Assembly (NCBI GenBank): GCA_004298615.1 | Contig: SCPX01000056.1 | Location: forward strand, 6,876-70,875 | Direction of reading: 5' to 3' | DNA length: 64,000 bases | DNA from: Patescibacteria group bacterium | GTDB taxonomy: Bacteria > Patescibacteriota > Patescibacteriia > SCPX01 | Shown: positions 35,549-44,619 of the stretch, piece after piece | How positions within the stretch are numbered: position 1 is the first letter of the stretch | How the letters are laid out: every line of letters starts with the position of its first letter | Translations under genes and position numbers: made by a program | Notes under the pieces: generated by a model | Seen by the model: only the letters and a program-made list of their open reading frames with translations | Databases searched by the model: none | Told to the model about the DNA's origin: nothing

Positions 35549-36282
35549 AATACCTCATCGCCAATTGGAAAATGAATCTTGGGATAAAAGAGAGTGTTGA
35601 GTTGTCTAAAAAAATATCCGGCGAAATTGAGTCTGATAAAATTAAAACCATTGTTCTTTGTCCATCGTTTGCTTCTTTAGCCGAAGTTTCCGAAGTCATT
35701 AAAAAAAGTTCATTAAAATTGGGCGCGCAGGATATTTTCTGGGTAAATAAAGGCGCGTTCACCGGAGAAGTGGGGGCGCCGGAATTGAAAGAGATCGGAG
35801 TAGAATTTGTGATTGTCGGACATTCGGAAAGACGGCATATTGTCGGCGAAACCGACGAAGTGATAGCGAAAAAAATGAAATTGGCGGCGGATTTCGGATT
35901 GCGGCCGATTTTGTGCGTGGGCGAGACGGGGGACGAGCGGGAAAACGAGCAAGCGGAAAAAAGGGTGGCGGAGCAATTGGATCTCGGGCTTCAGCTCTTG
36001 GACAACGCGCAAATTTCCAAAATCTTGATAGCTTACGAACCGGTCTGGGCGATCGGCACGGGCAAAGCGTGTTCGCCCGATGACGCGCTATCAATGTTCG
36101 TTTTAATCAAAAAAGTTTTGCAAGAAAAATTCAGTGAAAATAATATCCCGATTCTTTACGGCGGGAGCACGGATGATAAAAATATTGCTTCGTACATTGA
36201 AGCCGGTTATGCCGGCGCTTTGGTCGGAGGGTCAAGTCTGAAACCGCTGACATTTTTGAAAATGAAAGAGGCGATTGAATAA
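35545..36282 (+). CDS. tpiA: Triosephosphate isomerase
   Basis: ANWKMN, GAFTGE, GHSERR, AYEPVWAIGTG, LYGGS. Confidence 0.97.
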   Translation: MKYLIANWKMNLGIKESVELSKKISGEIESDKIKTIVLCPSFASLAEVSEVIKKSSLKLGAQDIFWVNKGAFTGEVGAPELKEIGVEFVIVGHSERRHIVGETDEVIAKKMKLAADFGLRPILCVGETGDERENEQAEKRVAEQLDLGLQLLDNAQISKILIAYEPVWAIGTGKACSPDDALSMFVLIKKVLQEKFSENNIPILYGGSTDDKNIASYIEAGYAGALVGGSSLKPLTFLKMKEAIE

Positions 36283-36360
36283 GGTTAAATGGTTTTCTTT
36301 GTGAATATCCCGCCAATTATATGGGTTTTGAGTTGAATGTTTTTATGGTATAATATTTAA

Positions 36361-36678
36361 ATGTTAATAACCAAAGAAAAAGTCCTCAAAAAATTAAAGG
36401 AAGTGATAGATCCGGAATTGCATTTGAATATAGTGGATTTAGGCTTTATTTACGGGATTGAGTTTCCCAAAAAAGACAGCGTAAAGGTAAAAATGACTAT
36501 GACTTCGCCCGCTTGTCCCTTGGCGCCTTATTTCGAGGAGGAAGTACCGGCAGTTGTTAAAAAAATAAAAGGAGTAAAAAGCGCCAAGGTGGAATTTACT
36601 TTTACGCCCAAGTGGACGCGGGTCAAGATTTCAGAATCAGCCAAAGAAGAATTACGGATGAGGGGAGTGCCTATTTGA
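36361..36678 (+). CDS. DUF59/SufT (MIP18) metal-sulfur cluster assembly factor
   Basis: VIDPEL..NIVDLG.IY, MT.TSP.CP, F.P.W. Confidence 0.9.
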   Translation: MLITKEKVLKKLKEVIDPELHLNIVDLGFIYGIEFPKKDSVKVKMTMTSPACPLAPYFEEEVPAVVKKIKGVKSAKVEFTFTPKWTRVKISESAKEELRMRGVPI

Positions 36679-36816
36679 CTCGTATCATCAATCTCGTATC
36701 TCGTATCTTGATAGTTGATGGTCATAAGTTCCAAGATGCAAGTTAAAAGATATAAGATGCAAGAAATTGTAAAGGTCGAAAAAAATTATTATTAAAATTA
36801 AGAATAATTGAAATAT

Positions 36817-37413
36817 ATGAATAAAATTATCAAAAAAGCCGTTTTGTCGGCAATAGCGAGCTCCGGACTTTTTATCGGCATGACCGCATTAGTGCACGGA
36901 GCGGGAGCCGGAACAGCCGCGCCATCATCGTTTTACAGTCATGAAATTTTTGCCGTACTTCACGGATTTCTCGGACTTTTATTGATTATGGGCTTGATGC
37001 TTGTTTTGGGAGGGCTTATTCAAATGAAAGTGAACGGCAACGGATTCCAGATGATTAAAGTCGGCACGGCTATGCTTTTGGTTTCATCGGTAATACTCGC
37101 TTTATCCGGTATTTATTTGTACAGCTTGTATCGCGGAGGATCGATCGGAGCGCCGGAAAGCGCGAGAAAGATTATCAAGGCGAGTACGCGGCCTTGGGTG
37201 CACGGCATTATGATGGAAATGAAAGAATTTATCGGCGTGTATGTGCCGGTAATTATCGCTATGATGTATGTGGTGGTAAAAACTTACGGCGCCGGATTTG
37301 TAGAGAATAAAAAAGCCAGAATGATGTTTACGGTCTTATTGACGCTCGCCGTTGTATGGACCGTCGTGACATTCGGATTCGGAGCGTTCATTACTAAAAC
37401 CGTGCCATTATAA
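36817..37413 (+). CDS. Hypothetical multi-TM membrane protein
   Basis: Signal-like N-terminus, four TM helices, H...ME.KE motif. Confidence 0.7.
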   Translation: MNKIIKKAVLSAIASSGLFIGMTALVHGAGAGTAAPSSFYSHEIFAVLHGFLGLLLIMGLMLVLGGLIQMKVNGNGFQMIKVGTAMLLVSSVILALSGIYLYSLYRGGSIGAPESARKIIKASTRPWVHGIMMEMKEFIGVYVPVIIAMMYVVVKTYGAGFVENKKARMMFTVLLTLAVVWTVVTFGFGAFITKTVPL

Positions 37414-37432
37414 ACTAACCCGTTGAATCTAT

Positions 37433-37756
37433 ATGACTGAAGATATAATAAACGAAGGAAAGCTTTTGGCGGCTTATATTGGCGGCGGAGTGATGCTTTT
37501 GGCGATCGGCATTTTGAATGTCGCGAGCGAATTGTCCGAAAGTACCGGCAAAGCGCTGGAGCTTTATAAGCCTTTAGGCGCTTATTCCGGAAAAATCACC
37601 TTTGGGCTGATTTGCGGAGCGATTGTCTGGGGAATTCTGCATTTTGTATTGAAAGACAAAAAAGCGGATGCCAAGCTCGGGCTTTACTTTTTTATAGCCG
37701 CGCTTTTACTCGCCACCTTATTCGTATTTACGCCGTTTATTGGGTTACTTGAATAA
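37433..37756 (+). CDS. Small three-TM membrane protein (G.YSGK motif)
   Basis: 107-aa hydrophobic ORF in apparent operon with 36817-37413. Confidence 0.7.
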   Translation: MTEDIINEGKLLAAYIGGGVMLLAIGILNVASELSESTGKALELYKPLGAYSGKITFGLICGAIVWGILHFVLKDKKADAKLGLYFFIAALLLATLFVFTPFIGLLE

Positions 37757-37838
37757 TAACCAATACTTCAAAAGAATGAGCGTTTGCCTTTCCGCCTTTT
37801 TGGCGGAAGGAGAGATTCGCATTCTACGACAAGCAAGT

Positions 37839-38150
37839 ATGCAGCCACCACTCAACAAACCGGAAAGCAACGGTGGAAAAAAAAGCGATCAGCTCAATGT
37901 CTTTTACGCTCTGTCTTTGGCTTGGCAAATGGGATTTTTGATTATCGCGCCGATTTTATTGTTCTTATTCGGCGGATATATGATTGACAAATGGCTAAAG
38001 ACCGCTCCGCTTTTCATAATCATCAGCATTTTCGCGGCACTGGCCGTCTCGGTTTACGAAATACACCACTTGATCAAGCCGATGCTGGAAAGCAGCCGAA
38101 AAGAACTGGAAGAAATTACCGGTGAAAAAAGCGATAGCAATAAGAAGTAA
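37839..38150 (+). CDS. AtpZ/AtpI family protein
   Basis: LA..MG..I..P......G..IDK.L.T.P.F; directly upstream of atpB. Confidence 0.8.
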   Translation: MQPPLNKPESNGGKKSDQLNVFYALSLAWQMGFLIIAPILLFLFGGYMIDKWLKTAPLFIIISIFAALAVSVYEIHHLIKPMLESSRKELEEITGEKSDSNKK

Positions 38151-38158
38151 AATATTTT

Positions 38159-38938
38159 ATGAGCTCTCCGCATATTTCTCTGATACCGGAACACATTGGG
38201 AATATTTTGGGAATTTCTTTCACCAATTCGGTTTTGACCGCGTGGCTGGTGACGGTTGTTTTGACAATTTTAGCGATCGCAGCCACGAGAGAAATGCGTT
38301 TTGTGCCGAGAGGAATCCAGAATTTTTTTGAAACAATGATAGAATATGTGCTGGGATTGGTGGAACAGGTGATGGAAAATCGCGAGCAAGCGCGAAAGAT
38401 TTTTCCGCTGGTGGCGACAATTTTTCTATTCGTGCTTTTTGCCAATCTGATGGGCATTTTCCCGGGCATAGGTTCTATCGGCATAATCGCGGAGCACGGA
38501 GAAGAATTTATTCCTCTTTTGCGCCCCACTAATGCCGATCTGAATATGACCGTGGCGCTGGCTTTGATTTCCGTGGTTGCCATTCAATTTTTGGGTATCG
38601 CAACGCTCGGATTTATAAAATATTCCAAAAGGTTTTTTAATTTTACCAGTCCCTTGAAGCTCGTCATCGGCTTATTTGAATTGTTGGGAGAATTTACCAA
38701 AATCATTTCTTTTTCTTTCCGGCTTTTCGGCAATATTTTCGCGGGCGAAGTCCTCCTGATCGTTATCGGATTTTTAGCGCCTTACATTATTCCCGTACCG
38801 TTTTTATTTTTGGAAATATTTACTGGTTTTATTCAGGCCTTTATTTTCGCCATACTGACCTTGGTATTTTACAAAGTGGCGATCACGCAAGAAGGCGAAG
38901 AAACAGAAACTCAAGAAGAAACTAAACCCGCTCAATAG
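38159..38938 (+). CDS. atpB: FoF1 ATP synthase subunit a (stand-alone copy)
   Basis: P..QN..E, R...ADLN.T, SFRLFGNIFAGE, IQAFIF.IL. Confidence 0.93.
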   Translation: MSSPHISLIPEHIGNILGISFTNSVLTAWLVTVVLTILAIAATREMRFVPRGIQNFFETMIEYVLGLVEQVMENREQARKIFPLVATIFLFVLFANLMGIFPGIGSIGIIAEHGEEFIPLLRPTNADLNMTVALALISVVAIQFLGIATLGFIKYSKRFFNFTSPLKLVIGLFELLGEFTKIISFSFRLFGNIFAGEVLLIVIGFLAPYIIPVPFLFLEIFTGFIQAFIFAILTLVFYKVAITQEGEETETQEETKPAQ

Positions 38939-39091
38939 GCGGAGTAGAATATTATCAAATTAATTACAAAATTCGAATATCGAAATACGAAACAAATCCC
39001 AAATTCAAATTTTCAAAAATTAATAAACTTGTTTTGTTATTTTGATTTTGATTATTAAATATTGTTTCGGATTTCGGATTTGAGAGGTATT

Positions 39092-39673
39092 ATGTCTTAT
39101 CAAGCAAAAAATTATGATCAATTACTGGGCATCAAGGGATTAAGCGATCAATTATTAAAAAATCATTTTACCCTATATCAAGGATATGTGACTAATTTCA
39201 ATAAAGTAAACGATATATTGGTTGCAATGGAGAGGGAAGGAAAATTCGGAACTCCGGAATACGCGGAATTGAATCGCCGTTTTGGCTGGGAATTCAACGG
39301 GATGCGGCTTCACGAATATTATTTTGAAAATTTGTCAAAAGAAGTGCGCGCTATTGATCAAAATTCCGAATTGCATAAAAAAATTGTTGCCGAGTTCGGC
39401 TCTTATGAAGCGTGGGAAAAAGATTTCAGAGCTATGCTTGCGATGCGGGGGATCGGCTGGGTGGTTTTATATCACGATGCGCAAGCCGACAGATTATTCA
39501 ATGTTTGGATCAACGAGCACGACGCGGGCCACTTTGCCGGTTGTACGCCTATTCTTGTCGTTGATGTTTTTGAGCACGCTTATATGATAGACTACGGCAT
39601 CAAACGCGCGGACTACATTGAAGCGGTAATGAAAGCGATCAGCTGGGAATCAGTTGAACAAAGAATGAAGTGA
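39092..39673 (+). CDS. Fe/Mn superoxide dismutase
   Basis: H..LY.GY, LHE.YF, G.GW, DVFEHAY. Confidence 0.92.
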   Translation: MSYQAKNYDQLLGIKGLSDQLLKNHFTLYQGYVTNFNKVNDILVAMEREGKFGTPEYAELNRRFGWEFNGMRLHEYYFENLSKEVRAIDQNSELHKKIVAEFGSYEAWEKDFRAMLAMRGIGWVVLYHDAQADRLFNVWINEHDAGHFAGCTPILVVDVFEHAYMIDYGIKRADYIEAVMKAISWESVEQRMK

Positions 39674-39678
39674 GTTTG

Positions 39679-39705
39679 ACAGGATGCCGCAAGGCATCCT
39701 GTTTT
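39679..39705 (+). terminator. Intrinsic terminator after sod
   Basis: ACAGGATGCC-gcaa-GGCATCCTGT followed by T tract. Confidence 0.75.
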
Positions 39706-39805
39706 CTAAAAAATATTTTTACAAATAGTTGCAAGAAGTGGAAAAATGTGCTATACTGTAAATAATATATTATTTATTATTAAAATTACATATTTACTTT
39801 GAATT

Positions 39806-40453
39806 ATGAAAAGACTTCCAATTGTCGGAATATTTTTCGCCTTAGCGGGAATAGCGTTTCTTTTGGCGGGCGGAGCGGCCTTAGGCATGGCAAAGGCCGG
39901 GAAAACATCGCTTCAGGCCGTATACAAAGCCCAGAATCTTATGATGACTTATGACGCGAACGGCAATTTTACGGACCGGGATAAAGTTGAAGGAGGAAAC
40001 GCCATTCTTTCGCTATTGACCAATGATTGGAAATATCCTTTGAGAAAAGGCTCGCTTGATCCTAAAAATCCTTTGGTGAATACGCCCGACGAGGTGATGG
40101 TGCAGTATGCGCGTATCAGCTATCATACGCTGCACAGCACGCAAACCATCACGCTGGATAAAGATGTAGAGTATAAGGGACAAACATATAATGCGGGCAA
40201 GCATGATTTTGCCGTTGATGGACGGTATTGGCAGGATTTTGATCGAGCGCACCCGATTGAAGGAGCGGCGCGCAGTCAGGCCTGGAGCCCCACCGTGCTC
40301 GGGTTATTGGCAAGCTTGCAGGCCGGATTTGCTTCGCATACTCTGGTGGAACTGGCGTTTTATTTCAGCCTGTTGGTTATGGGTCTTGGCATGATTTTTC
40401 TTCTTGGCGGCATAGGGATTGCGTATGCCGGCCTGAAAGAGCGTAAAAAATAA
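39806..40453 (+). CDS. Hypothetical membrane protein (two terminal TM helices, extracytoplasmic domain)
   Basis: Own promoter TTGCAA...TGCTATACT upstream; 215-aa ORF. Confidence 0.7.
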   Translation: MKRLPIVGIFFALAGIAFLLAGGAALGMAKAGKTSLQAVYKAQNLMMTYDANGNFTDRDKVEGGNAILSLLTNDWKYPLRKGSLDPKNPLVNTPDEVMVQYARISYHTLHSTQTITLDKDVEYKGQTYNAGKHDFAVDGRYWQDFDRAHPIEGAARSQAWSPTVLGLLASLQAGFASHTLVELAFYFSLLVMGLGMIFLLGGIGIAYAGLKERKK

Positions 40454-40565
40454 CCGGCAGCTTTAATTTGTTTTGCCGCTGATGCCGCCCGCTTGGTTTT
40501 TCCAACGGGCGCTTTAGTAAAGGGGATCAGGGTAAAGAGTCGGCTCTGTAATTTTAATTGAAAAT

Positions 40566-42419
40566 ATGTGCGGGATTATTGGATACATCGGAACAAAACA
40601 GGCGTTGCCCATTCTTTTGGAAGGGTTGAGACGCTTGGAATACCGCGGTTATGATTCAGCCGGAGTGGCGCTCGTGGCGCCGGACCCGCTTGGCGGCGAG
40701 GCAAGCGGAAGCAAGATTTTTACCGAGCGGGCGGCGGGGAAAGTGTCCGAGCTTGAAAACAAATTTATTGATAATAATCTTCCCGGGCTCATCGGTATCG
40801 GCCATACGCGTTGGGCGACGCACGGAGCGCCGAAAGAAGAAAACGCCCATCCGCACGGGGATTGCGAAAACAATATCGCCGTGGTGCATAACGGCATTAT
40901 TGAAAATTATCAGGAATTGAAAAACGAACTTGCGGCGCGCGGGCATAAATTCCGGTCGGAAACCGATACGGAAGTTATCGCGCATCTTTTGGAGGACGAG
41001 CCAAAAGAACTTTCCTTGGAAAAAAAGTTGATGAATATTTTGCCGCGGCTGGTCGGGACTTACGGTCTGGCCGTGATTGATAAAAATGATTCGAAAAAAA
41101 TCGTGGTGGCGCGTTTGGGCAGCCCTTTGGTCATCGGCATCAGAGGATCGGAATTTTTTATCGCGTCCGATCCGAGCGCTTTTATTTCTCAAACGAGAGA
41201 GGTTCTTTATTTGGATGACGGAGAGGTCGCGGCTCTTAGTCCCCAAGGCATTGAAATTATTGAAAAAGGAATTTCAAAAAATAAACAATCCGAGCTTTTG
41301 GAATGGAGCGCTGAAAAAATTGAAAAGCAAGGCTATCCGCATTTTATGTTAAAGGAGATAAACGAGCAGCCGAAAGTGATTGAAGACACGATCCGCGGAC
41401 GGTTGGAGGAAAAAGACGGTTTGGCGCATTTGGGCGGACTCAAAGAAGCGGAAGAGAAGTTGCGGAAAATTGAAAAAATAATAATTGTCGGTTGCGGTTC
41501 GGCTCTGTATTCCGGAAAAATAGGGGAATATATAATTGAAGAATATGCCGGGATTCCGGTTGAATGCGAATACGCTTCCGAATTTCGGTACAGAAAACCG
41601 GTTTTGGATGATTCCACCGCGGTTTTGGCCGTGAGCCAATCGGGCGAAACCGCCGATACTTTGGCCGCGATTCGCGAAGCAAAGAGAAAAGGAGTATTGA
41701 CTCTCGGAATGGTTAACGCGGTCGGTTCAACTATCGCGCGCGAAACCGATGCCGGAATTTACAATCACGCCGGACCCGAGATCGGTGTCGCTTCAACCAA
41801 AGCGTTTATTTCGCAAGTGGCCGCATTCGCGCTTATCACGCTTTTTCTCGGAAGACAGAGGCAAATGTCGGCCGTGACCGGCGTTCGCATTGCGGAAGAA
41901 TTAAAAACATTGCCGGAAAAAATATCGCAAATTTTTTCGCAAAAAGAACAAATTGAAAGCATCGCGGAAAAATATGCCAAGTTTTCAAATTTTCTTTATT
42001 TGGGAAGAAAATACAACGCGCCGATCGCTTTGGAAGGAGCTTTAAAGCTCAAAGAAATTTCTTACATTCACGCCGAGGGATATCCGGCCGGAGAAATGAA
42101 GCACGGGCCCATCGCTCTTTTGGACAAGAATTTTCCGGTGGTCGCCATCGCTCCCAAAGACAGCGTTTATGAAAAAATGAAATCGGCCATTGAAGAGGCA
42201 AAAGCCAGACAGGCTCCGGTACTTGCTCTGACCACCGAGGGAAACAATGAAATGGAAAATTTGGCCGATGACATAATTTATATTCCAAAAACTCTGGAAA
42301 TGTTGACGCCGATTTTGAGCATTATTCCTCTCCAACTTTTTGCTTATTATATCGCCGTATCAAAAGGATACGATCCGGACAGGCCGCGCAATCTCGCCAA
42401 ATCAGTGACTGTAGAGTGA
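40566..42419 (+). CDS. glmS: Glutamine--fructose-6-phosphate aminotransferase
   Basis: MCGIIG, LEYRGYDSAG, HTRWATHG, SQSGETAD, KHGP, PRNLAKSVTVE. Confidence 0.98.
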   Translation: MCGIIGYIGTKQALPILLEGLRRLEYRGYDSAGVALVAPDPLGGEASGSKIFTERAAGKVSELENKFIDNNLPGLIGIGHTRWATHGAPKEENAHPHGDCENNIAVVHNGIIENYQELKNELAARGHKFRSETDTEVIAHLLEDEPKELSLEKKLMNILPRLVGTYGLAVIDKNDSKKIVVARLGSPLVIGIRGSEFFIASDPSAFISQTREVLYLDDGEVAALSPQGIEIIEKGISKNKQSELLEWSAEKIEKQGYPHFMLKEINEQPKVIEDTIRGRLEEKDGLAHLGGLKEAEEKLRKIEKIIIVGCGSALYSGKIGEYIIEEYAGIPVECEYASEFRYRKPVLDDSTAVLAVSQSGETADTLAAIREAKRKGVLTLGMVNAVGSTIARETDAGIYNHAGPEIGVASTKAFISQVAAFALITLFLGRQRQMSAVTGVRIAEELKTLPEKISQIFSQKEQIESIAEKYAKFSNFLYLGRKYNAPIALEGALKLKEISYIHAEGYPAGEMKHGPIALLDKNFPVVAIAPKDSVYEKMKSAIEEAKARQAPVLALTTEGNNEMENLADDIIYIPKTLEMLTPILSIIPLQLFAYYIAVSKGYDPDRPRNLAKSVTVE

Positions 42420-42511
42420 TGCAGGCTTGACTTGTGCGGTTTTGAGTGCTAAACTGTGTTATTAAATTGTTCCTTTTTGAATTTAACCAAATAAACACAG
42501 GGGGATGAAAA

Positions 42512-42745
42512 ATGGAAGAAAAGTTGAATCTAGCGAAAGAAGATCAGAAGTTTATGTTTAAGCTTGTGTTTGGAATAGTTGCGATTTTTTTATTGACTAT
42601 GGCGATAAAGTGGATAATTCCAAATAGAGAAAAGCCGCTAACGCACGAGCAAAAAATGCGGATGGCGATTGAAAAAAATCGCAAGGAAGCATTAAGAAAG
42701 AGATCGGGTCTCTTGTCAGGAAGGCGGGTGAACCGGCATACTTGA
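42512..42745 (+). CDS. Small single-TM protein, possibly frameshifted (would extend to 42846)
   Basis: SD GGGGG; TM helix; the -1 frame after the A7 tract stays open to TAA 42844-42846, followed by a terminator. Confidence 0.55.
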   Translation: MEEKLNLAKEDQKFMFKLVFGIVAIFLLTMAIKWIIPNREKPLTHEQKMRMAIEKNRKEALRKRSGLLSGRRVNRHT

Positions 42746-42863
42746 TTTGCCGGAAAAATCAGCTGTTTTTGGCGAGATTTGAAGGATCGCCGGAAAATTT
42801 AACCGTGATAACCGATGAAGTTATTCCCGATGCGACCTGCCAATAATTACGCGGCCGCTCACT

Positions 42864-42895
42864 GCCCAAACCTGATAAGTTTGGGCTTATTTTTT
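42864..42895 (+). terminator. Intrinsic terminator
   Basis: GCCCAAAC-ctgataa-GTTTGGGC followed by T-rich tract. Confidence 0.7.
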
Positions 42896-43081
42896 AGCGC
42901 TTTAGCTTCAAGTCTTGACATGAAAATTTTAAAGGTGTATAAATAATATTGGTTCTTAAAAAATCAAAATTATAAATAATTTACATATAGGACTTACGCG
43001 TTTGAATTCAATTTAGGGGCGGCCAATTTCCGGCCAATGCTTTTAAAATGATCCAAACCTGTAAGCCTTGATGAATCGATT

Positions 43082-44386
43082 ATGCCGAAACTCTCTTCAT
43101 CAGAGGCGTTTATTTTTATTATTCAAATTCTTGTTCTTTTAGGATCTGCCAAAGCAGCAGGCGAATTATTTAAAAAAATCAAACAACCCGCCGTTATAGG
43201 CGAAATTTTAGCCGGTATTATTTTAGGACCGACTGTTTTTGGCGCGCTAATGCCGCAAAGTTTTGACTGGCTTTTTCAATCGGCCAAAGGCGCTTCTCTT
43301 TCTTTGGATGGATTTATTTTATTGTCCGCGATTTTTCTTTTGTTCGCGGTTGGTCTGGAAATTGACATTGAGACGATTAAAAAACAAGGCCGGGCGGTGG
43401 GATGGATGAGCTCTCTGGGCATTCTCATTCCTTTGGCTATCGGCGCCGGCACGGGCTGGCTGATTTACCCGATGGTTGATTTGCCGGTTTCCCGCGAAGT
43501 TTTTTCGCTTTTTATGGGTGCGGCTCTTTCCATTTCGGCTTTGCCGGTGATTGCACGAGTTTTAATGGATTTGGGTCTGCTCAAAAGCAAAATCGGCAGC
43601 TTGATAATCGCGGCCGCGACGATCAATGATGTGGTCGGGTGGCTGATATTCACAATAGCTTTGAGTATGGCGGGAGGCGAAAGCGCACACCTGAATATTT
43701 GGGCTACGATTATTCTGACAATAATTCTCGCGGTTTTATCAGTCACTTTGTTGAAAAAAGCGGTAAATTTTATTTTGGGAATTATTAGTAAAAATTTTTC
43801 AGGAAACGGGGCGATTTTTGGAACAAGCATAGTATTGATGCTTGTTTTTTCTTTAATTACCGAATATATCGGAATCCACGCGGTTTTCGGCGCGTTTTTG
43901 GTGGGCGTCGCGATCGCCGGTTCAAAATACTTCAATAAAGAAGTGAAAGAAAGCATTGGGAATTTTACCGCCAATATTTTGGCGCCGATGTTTTTTGTTT
44001 CCGTGGGATTGAAAGTTAATTTTTTAAAAAGTTTTGACTGGAAAATAGTTTTAATTGTTATCGCGGCGGCTTATATCAGCAAGATTTTGGCCGGGATTAT
44101 CGGCGGACGGCTTGCTAAAATTTCTCAAAAAGAAGGTTTGGCCGTCGGTCTTGGGATTGCCGCTCGCGGCGGAATGGGAATAATTTTGGCAATCCTGGCT
44201 TTGAACGCGCATTTGGTGAACGAGGTTCTTTTTGAAGCGTTGGTGATTATGGCGGTCGTCACTTGCGTAAGCGCCGTATTGATTAAGCCGCTTTTAACCA
44301 AGTCAATAAATAAATCAAGCGCCGGCTCCGAATCAATATCTCCAAGTATTGCCGTTAGCGCGCATCACTCAAATCCGTCGCCTTGA
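43082..44386 (+). CDS. Cation:proton antiporter, CPA2 family
   Basis: QP.VIGEILAGIILGP, SALPV..R.L, A..ND..GW, P.FF..VG, RG. Confidence 0.92.
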   Translation: MPKLSSSEAFIFIIQILVLLGSAKAAGELFKKIKQPAVIGEILAGIILGPTVFGALMPQSFDWLFQSAKGASLSLDGFILLSAIFLLFAVGLEIDIETIKKQGRAVGWMSSLGILIPLAIGAGTGWLIYPMVDLPVSREVFSLFMGAALSISALPVIARVLMDLGLLKSKIGSLIIAAATINDVVGWLIFTIALSMAGGESAHLNIWATIILTIILAVLSVTLLKKAVNFILGIISKNFSGNGAIFGTSIVLMLVFSLITEYIGIHAVFGAFLVGVAIAGSKYFNKEVKESIGNFTANILAPMFFVSVGLKVNFLKSFDWKIVLIVIAAAYISKILAGIIGGRLAKISQKEGLAVGLGIAARGGMGIILAILALNAHLVNEVLFEALVIMAVVTCVSAVLIKPLLTKSINKSSAGSESISPSIAVSAHHSNPSP

Positions 44387-44619
44387 AAAGCTAAGAGCCG
44401 TTTACCTCTTGCGCCAATTTTTAAACATTAAGACAAGTATAAAAAGTTGACGCAAGGGGTAAATAGTTTATTTACCCCTTTTTGTTCTTTGTAAATTCAG
44501 CAAGATGTCGCGCATTTTCTGCAGGATGAGTTTAGCCCGAACTTTTCGGGATATATGCCCATACTTCAGGATATGCATGAAAAATAAACCAATAACCACA
44601 AACCACAAGGAGGTAGAAA

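Noticed and set aside
40454-40565. glmS ribozyme
   Set aside because: The catalytic core consensus is not found.
40656-41246. 196-aa antisense ORF within glmS, and many other shadow ORFs
   Set aside because: They lie opposite well-conserved genes and have no recognisable motifs.
42988-43068. MITE-like hairpin (TAGGACTTACG...GTAAGCCT)
   Set aside because: Single imperfect copy in the window, with no target duplication or transposase; cannot be supported as a mobile element.
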